Made by a program: the position numbers and the translations under genes
Notes under the pieces: model-generated
The model's database searches: none
The model's input: only the letters and a program-made list of their open reading frames with translations
What the model was told of the DNA's origin: nothing
NCBI GenBank assembly: GCA_973895155.1
Contig: OZ316894.1
Location: 15,616,699-15,680,698, forward strand
Direction: 5' to 3'
Length of the DNA: 64,000 nt
Source of the DNA: Marsupella aquatica
Taxonomy: Eukaryota; Plantae; Marchantiophyta
Part shown: positions 57,727 to 64,000 of the stretch, in pieces
Layout: the number at the start of each line of letters is the position of its first letter
Position numbering within the stretch: position 1 is the stretch's first letter

Positions 57727-60725
57727 TGTGATGCCTAGCCAGGAATCACTGGGCTAGTTTAAGGGGAAAAGGGAAGTGTACCCTAGAAACACCTTAGTAT
57801 AGTTACATAAATAAGGAAAATATAAACAATTAAGGGTGACTATGGAACCCGAGCCGAGCCCGGAAGTAAGGACGCCAGGGGAGAGAACACGATTAGGGTT
57901 AGGGCACGCTAAGTGCCGGCGGCTAGGGGTAACCAACGGGAGGGAGAACCAGAGGAGGAGAGGGGTAAGGACCGCTCGCGAGGAATAGTAGCTCATTTGC
58001 AAGCATGAACTGAGCAGGCGACTACGGGCGGCCAACTACTATCAACTGCTTAGGCAAGCGCTCACGGTGGGAACTGATACCGACTATCAACTCGAGAAGG
58101 GTATGAGCAACGTCAATCAAGCGGCACATTTTTGGGGATGCCTGTTCGACCGGGCAACTAAGTACATTGGGACTTACGAGGACGAAGAATCGGAGAGAGT
58201 AGCTCGAGAACGGCAGGAGCTCGCCCGATTGTGGGAGATGCAAAAAGCTGCCTTCTTAGGAGGAGAACTCATCAAGGCTGAATTCCTGTGGACGCCTACT
58301 GGCAACGAGCTAGATGACCTGCTATTTTGCGAAGACAGAGTCATCGGCATCCGAGAAGCCATCAAATGCTACAACGACATACACTGGGAGTTGAAGGGTA
58401 GCACGGAGGGGTGGACAAAGGCAACCGTGCTAGGAGAGACATCCACGGCAGCCGAGATGAAGAGGAAGGGGAACAACAACGAAGAGGCCACCCCGGCAAA
58501 AAGAACGAGGTCGGCGGCACCAAAGAAGCCAGCAGAACAGCAGAGCAGGAGGCAGAGAGAAGCCGAGGAGGAGGAGGTCGACCCCATCAATGCCATTCCA
58601 ACAAACGATGACACTTGGAAAGGCTGGGCGGCGACCCTACCGGAGGAAGTGCAATTACACTTTGCACGGGAGGAGGATGCATGCTTTACAGCCATGCAGA
58701 CCAAGAAGTACCAAGGCTTCATGGCCGGATCCGGCTTGGAAGCCTTCGTAAGATTACCATGGCTGAAGCCGGAGGTGCCGGACTCAGACTTGTTAGAATT
58801 CGTGGGATCATGGGAACCCGAGACCAATTCCACGAGGGTGTATGGGAAGGATTTCTATCTCACTCCCCGGGTGATTGCTGAAGTGTTTGGCTTGCCGATG
58901 GGTAATAAGACCAAGGTTGATACCAGGAAGACCTTACCTGACAAGGAGTTTCGGTCGTTCCCAGGACCATCAACAAAGAATGGCTTCTTCCGGAACACCT
59001 GCACCAACCCGCACATAGGAGAGATGATCGATTTCTTGCGGGTGACCATGCACTATAACTTGCCAAGGGCAGAGATCGGCAAGGCTCAGGTCTACCTGGC
59101 AGAAAGGCCAGACCCAAGCCGGGATTACAACGGGTACCTCCTCAACCAACTGAAGAAGATCTTGAAGGAGGAACAGCAAGTGATCGGCGTGGGAAGCGTG
59201 TCCCGGCTTGGCTATCACATGCCGCTGTTGTGCCGGTATGCCAGAAGTCAAATCTTTGCCCCAGTACTTCCCCTATCGGCAAGAGCACCGGAGGAGGTCC
59301 CAGAGCAGAGGCCGGCACCAAAGAAGCCCAACCAGCCCGACAGTCCGACGATCGAGCAGGTGTTTAGACCAAGGGAAGAAGACTTGCCGATGCAGCAACC
59401 AGGCATGCAGAATCTGCTGAAATTGTTGGAGAAGGAAAGGAGACCGGTTCCAGCAACGACAACAACAACGGCACCAATGCAGGACACTGCTCCAGCGGTA
59501 GGCCTAAGCCAGCTTACAAGGGAAAACCCCTTTACTAGGGTCAAGGAGAGAGGGAGGCCGGAACACGAGCCGGGAGTCAGGATGTATGTAGGAGCCTCAA
59601 GTCCCGAAGCCGAGGAAAAGCAGGCCATAGCTCCCGGCCACGACAAGGAGAACAAGAGATCAACACGGAAGCCGGAGGAGGAACCAAGACCGGTGAGAGG
59701 TGAAGCCGTGTTTACAACAAAACCAGGAGAACAGCGGGAGAAGCCGGTAGTCCAAGCCGAGGAGGAGGCGGTAGAGGACTACAGCAATGATGACTCCGGC
59801 TATGGGTCGGATCATCATGTTCCAGGAGTAAGGACCTATGGCCGGTTCATCCCCATGCTCCCAAGAGTAGTTCGAGGAGACCCAAGCCAGCAGAGCAGCC
59901 CCGAGTCTCCCCCACCAGATGTCGCTCCCCCGAGCTTTGACGGCATAAAACAAACGGTGCAGGAATTTCAGGAGTGAATCAGGGAGGAAGAGGAGGCAGC
60001 CCTGGCTAGGGAAAAGGATTTACCAGGAGGAGAATGGCCAGAGGACATCAGGCGGCTTGCAAAAAAACGAAGCAACCCTCTTGCCACTGTAGAAGAAATC
60101 CGCAAGACGGCTTGGGAGCAGAGGCCACGGTGGTTGATGCCGATGACTTCTAGTTACTCCACCTATGCTAAGGATAGAGCCATGGAGTATGGGGAAATGT
60201 GTGGAGACCTGGCGCTCAGCATCTTTGGGGAGGAGTTGGAGCAAGGACCCTTTTTTCAGAGGGAGATGTTGGAGAAGCGCCAATTAGAAGAAGCGGTGGC
60301 TTTGGAAAGAAGCAAGAAGGACGAGGTCATCCATCGGCTTAGGGCAAGGGAAGCCGAAATCAAAGACCTGAGGGCGGCCAAGAAAGCCCAAGATGAGCTG
60401 CGGATTAAGCGGCATGAGCTAAATATCATGCAGGGCCAATTGGATACCGCACAGTCTGATAATCGGATTATCGAGAATAAATTGACTCGAACCCAAGGAG
60501 AGTTGGCCGATGCGATCAAGGAGTGGGAGAAGTGGAAGCGAGAGCTGAGGGATGCAGAGGAGGCCCACATAACAGCCAACAACCGGGCCATGGCGGAGAC
60601 CCAGAGAAGGGAAAGGGCATTGAAGGGGGAGCTCGAGGTTATCCGCGGAGCCCTTGAGAAGAAGGAGGCCGAGTTAGGGAAATCCTATCAAGGGATTATT
60701 GCGCTGCAGCAGGAGCTTGCGTCCC
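57727..60725 (+). mobile_element. 5' half of the outer B copy (B4, diverged subfamily), with ORF pieces 58067..59977 and 60134..
   Basis: TGTGATGCCTAGCC start, left flank GTGAC; broken at GTCCC. Confidence 0.9.
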
Positions 60726-63700
60726 TGTGGTGCGTCCCATGGCTCCCTAAACCCAAGAAACCCCCCAGCTCAAGCCGATTCCCGCAGGTTTCGTGCTTGG
60801 CGAGGCCGTTTCCGCGGCTTAGCGGCATGGGACGCTGCTAACCTTCTACTACTACTATTAACATTTTACACACATATACTGGACAGATCCTTCATCGGGT
60901 CATGAGATACGTAGCCGGCCTAATATAGGCCTTCCCCTGTCTTCCCCTGTCTTCCCCTCCGTCTTGTTAGGTATGTTTGGATTCCGCCGCCGGAATGATC
61001 CCCAATAGGCTTGGTTAAGCCGCTAAGACCTCTCTCAGCTCGACACATCCAACTCTCACTCCCCTGCTTACTTTCCTTCCTTCTGTTGATGTGGGCACTC
61101 TTCACACAAGTTAATGCGACACACAAATAGCAAAATGACTCATTCTGACTGAGTCATACCATGCACTTGCCATACAAACAGTACATCTCATACACAAGTT
61201 CTGCGAACTAAGCCGTGAGGCCAACTCTATTCAGCTCTTAGGCATGAGGAAACATGAATATACACAAGGGTCACTGTATGACTAACCGAGAGCTTCTCGT
61301 ACTACTTGATCCCAGCCCGGCTGGTGCAAACTAAAAACTTGCTAAAGAAGAGGCCCTGAGCTCCCCGCTGCCCAGGTACTTATCCTGGTAGTGGATCCGC
61401 CATTCTTTGCATCGTAAGCCTAATCTACTTAATAGTAATCTACTTGCCCGAATCTACCTATATACAGCAAGGCAGGAGCACAAGTGTTGCTCCTACCAGT
61501 GGGACCGCAATCCCACTAAGCTAAGTGTCAGGGCCGCTCCTGGTTCTGATCCTAATCCTAAACGTGGAGATCCGCGCCCGCCCTGCCCACTCACGCCTCC
61601 TCCCTCCACGTCCGCCCTCCCTAAAAGGAACGGCGCCCTTGCACCGTCACGACACCGGTGGTGGATCCTTAATGGATGCCCCCAACGCTTCCTCCTCAGC
61701 CACTGCCGTAGGCTCATTCCCTGACAGATTACCTGCCCTTGACTGAGTCAACTCTCCATCGGCCTGACTGGGTCCACCATCGGCGTCGGCATCGGCTCGA
61801 GAATCGGTTACGGCCTCAGCCTCGGCTACGGTCTCCCCGGCCTGCTCAAGAGGCGGATCTGGAATACTGGCCTCCTTACTGAGTAGTTCGGCTTGGGCCG
61901 CACCATCCCTACCTGTGATCATAGCGGGATCTATTGCCGTATTCATGTCGGAGGATGGTGCTGGTTCTACCTCTTTGGTCACCACGGCTTGTGGAGTCGG
62001 ATTACTCCTTGACCCTAAAGGTTTCCGCTTTTTCTTCTTTTCTGGTTCGGCAGCTGGTCCCTTCCCCTTCCCACTTACCTCCGGCACTGGTGCAGTTGGC
62101 GCGGCTTTTTCTTCGGCCAGTACCACTCCTGGTAACTTGGTTGCCCCAATTGGAGTTGGGCCTGATGAAGACAAGCACCTAAATACTGCGGCTTGTTTCT
62201 TCAGCCGCTCCGTTTGGTTGTCGGCCCGCCGCTGGAGGTTCTCCATCTTCCTCGTGATTTCCTCCAACTCCTCCTGGGTCTCATCCAGGTCCTTGCGTGC
62301 CTCCTCTAGTTCCTTCTGGGCTTCCTCCCGTTCTTGTTTCAAGGTAGTCCTCTCCTCCTGGGTTGCTTTTAGCTCCTTGTCGAGCTCTGCAATGATGACA
62401 GACTCCATCTGGTTCATCTTGGCGTAAGTCTGTTCGAGCATCTCGTCCTTCTCCCTTAGGTCGGCCTTGAAGCTGGCCGTCAGGGACGCAAGCTCCTGCT
62501 GCAGCGCCATAATCCCTTGATAGGATTTCCCTAACTCGGCCTCCTTCTGCTCAAGGGCTCCGCGGATTTTCTCGAGCTCCCCTTTCAACGCCCATTCCTT
62601 TCTTTGGGTCTCCGCCATGGCCCGGTTGTTGGCTGTTATGTGGGCCTCCTCTGTATTCTTCAGCTCTTGCTTCCACTTCTCCCTCTCTTTGATCGTGTCG
62701 GCCAACTCTTCCTGCGTCTGAGTCAGTTTATCCTTGATATTCTGATTATCAGCCTGCGCGGTGTCCAACTGCCCCTGCATGATGTTCAGCTCATGTCGTT
62801 TAATCCGCAGTTCATCTTGGGCTTTCTTGGCCGCCCTTAGATCTTCAATCTCGGCTTCCATCCTCCTAAGCCGCCGAATGACCTCGTCCTTCTTGCTTCT
62901 CTCTAAAGCCACCGCTTCTTCTAATTGGTGCTTCTCCAACTGCTCCCTATGGAAAAAGGGTCCTACCTCCAACTCCTCTCCAAAGATGCCAAGCGCAAGT
63001 TCCCCACACATCTCACCACACTCCATGGCTCTATTCTTAGCGTAGGTGGAGTAAGTAGAAGTGATCGGCATCGCCCATCGCGGCCTCTGCTCCCAAGCCG
63101 TCCTGCGGATCTCTTCAATCGTGGCTAGAGGTTTGCTTCCTTTTTTGGCTAGCCGCCTGATGTCCTCCGGCCAATCTCCTCCTGGTAAATCCTTTTCCTT
63201 AGCCAGGGCGGCCTCCTCCTCCTGCTTGATTCGCTCCTGAAATTCCTGCACCGTCTGTTTTATGCCATCGAAGCTCGGGGGAGCAACATCTGGTGGGGGA
63301 GACTCAGGGCTACTCTGCTGGTTGGGGTCCCCTCGCACTACCCTTGGAAGTGTGGGGACAAACCGGCCACAGGTCCTTACTCCTGGAACGTGATGGTCCG
63401 ACCCATAGCCAGAATTATCATGGCTGCAGTCCTCCACTGCCTCCTCTACCTCTTGGACGTCCGGCTTCTCCCTCTCCTCTTCGTCGGTAGGAGCTTCAGG
63501 CAATTCTGCCTCAGATTCGGAGCTTGAGGTTCCCACGTACATTCGAACACCTGGCTTGGATTCCGGCCTGATTCTCTCCTTGTCTCCAGCAAAGGGGTTT
63601 TCTCTTGTGAGCCGGTGTAGGCCTACCTCTGTAGTAGTGTCCTGCATTGTTGCCGTTGCCGTTGTTGTTGCCGATGCCGATTTCTTTTCTTTCTCCAGTA

Positions 63701-64000
63701 GTTTCAGCAGACTCTGCATGCCTGGTTGCTGCATCGGCAAGTCTTCCTTCCTGGGCCTAAACACCTGCTCGATCGTAGGACTAACAGGTGGTTGAGGCTT
63801 CTCAACCAACGGCCTCGGCGTTGGAGCTTCCTCGGGTGCCCTTACCTGCAGGGGAAGTACCGGGGCAAAAGTCTGACCTCTGGCATACCGGCACAACAGC
63901 GGCATGTGATAGCCCAGCCGCGACACGCTCCCCATGCCGATTACCTGCTGCTCCTCCTTTAAGATCTTCTTCAATTGGTTGAGGAGGTACCCGTTGTAGT
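60726..64000 (-). mobile_element. Family-B element copy B5 (runs off the right edge), near-identical to B3
   Basis: B terminus TGTGGTGCGTCCC at 60726. Confidence 0.92.
61647..64000 (-). CDS. B5 ORF, C-terminal part (at least 775 aa), uninterrupted within the window
   Basis: Open frame; has GAA and CAG where B3 has TAA and TAG. Confidence 0.8.
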   Translation of the reverse strand, partial: YNGYLLNQLKKILKEEQQVIGMGSVSRLGYHMPLLCRYARGQTFAPVLPLQVRAPEEAPTPRPLVEKPQPPVSPTIEQVFRPRKEDLPMQQPGMQSLLKLLEKEKKSASATTTATATMQDTTTEVGLHRLTRENPFAGDKERIRPESKPGVRMYVGTSSSESEAELPEAPTDEEEREKPDVQEVEEAVEDCSHDNSGYGSDHHVPGVRTCGRFVPTLPRVVRGDPNQQSSPESPPPDVAPPSFDGIKQTVQEFQERIKQEEEAALAKEKDLPGGDWPEDIRRLAKKGSKPLATIEEIRRTAWEQRPRWAMPITSTYSTYAKNRAMECGEMCGELALGIFGEELEVGPFFHREQLEKHQLEEAVALERSKKDEVIRRLRRMEAEIEDLRAAKKAQDELRIKRHELNIMQGQLDTAQADNQNIKDKLTQTQEELADTIKEREKWKQELKNTEEAHITANNRAMAETQRKEWALKGELEKIRGALEQKEAELGKSYQGIMALQQELASLTASFKADLREKDEMLEQTYAKMNQMESVIIAELDKELKATQEERTTLKQEREEAQKELEEARKDLDETQEELEEITRKMENLQRRADNQTERLKKQAAVFRCLSSSGPTPIGATKLPGVVLAEEKAAPTAPVPEVSGKGKGPAAEPEKKKKRKPLGSRSNPTPQAVVTKEVEPAPSSDMNTAIDPAMITGRDGAAQAELLSKEASIPDPPLEQAGETVAEAEAVTDSRADADADGGPSQADGELTQSRAGNLSGNEPTAVAEEEALGASIKDPPPVS

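Noticed and set aside
46815-64000. B3 and B5 as the two LTRs, or giant TIRs, of one composite element
   Set aside because: They are inverted, and TSD logic shows two independent insertions later joined by an inversion.

Overview
Eukaryotic, almost certainly plant, heterochromatin-like window made entirely of nested transposons. A non-seed lineage is my guess only. No ordinary cellular gene is seen. Termini and target-site duplications (TSDs) allow most of the nesting to be reconstructed. A CACTA element (E1) is the oldest host. Into it inserted (i) D, a ~14 kb DNA transposon (27.8 kb with nested inserts, 6472-34237) with 27-bp TIRs and a 4-bp TSD, encoding a DUF7869/Sola-like DDD transposase plus a divergent cargo gene with ParB-like, N4/N6-DNA-methyltransferase-like and FCP1/NIF phosphatase-like segments, and (ii) a related CACTA element, E2. 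Both CACTA elements carry a SET-domain gene inside the first intron of their tnpD, apparently sharing exon 1 with it. Also present: two Athila/Tat-like Ty3/gypsy elements (A1 with an in-frame TGA-CAA-TTA readthrough signal between protease and RT; A2 a young deletion derivative with a second retropepsin-like ORF), a ~3 kb non-autonomous Bianca-type copia (C), a 5'-truncated LINE and a MITE. Family B (five copies, one split in two) is an unexplained ~4.7 kb TG..CA element with 5-bp TSDs that encodes only an Athila-ORF-like coiled-coil protein. The segment 51484-60725 is inverted between two B copies, shown by three sets of swapped TSDs and a split ORF. All domain calls come from motif recognition by eye, not database searches.
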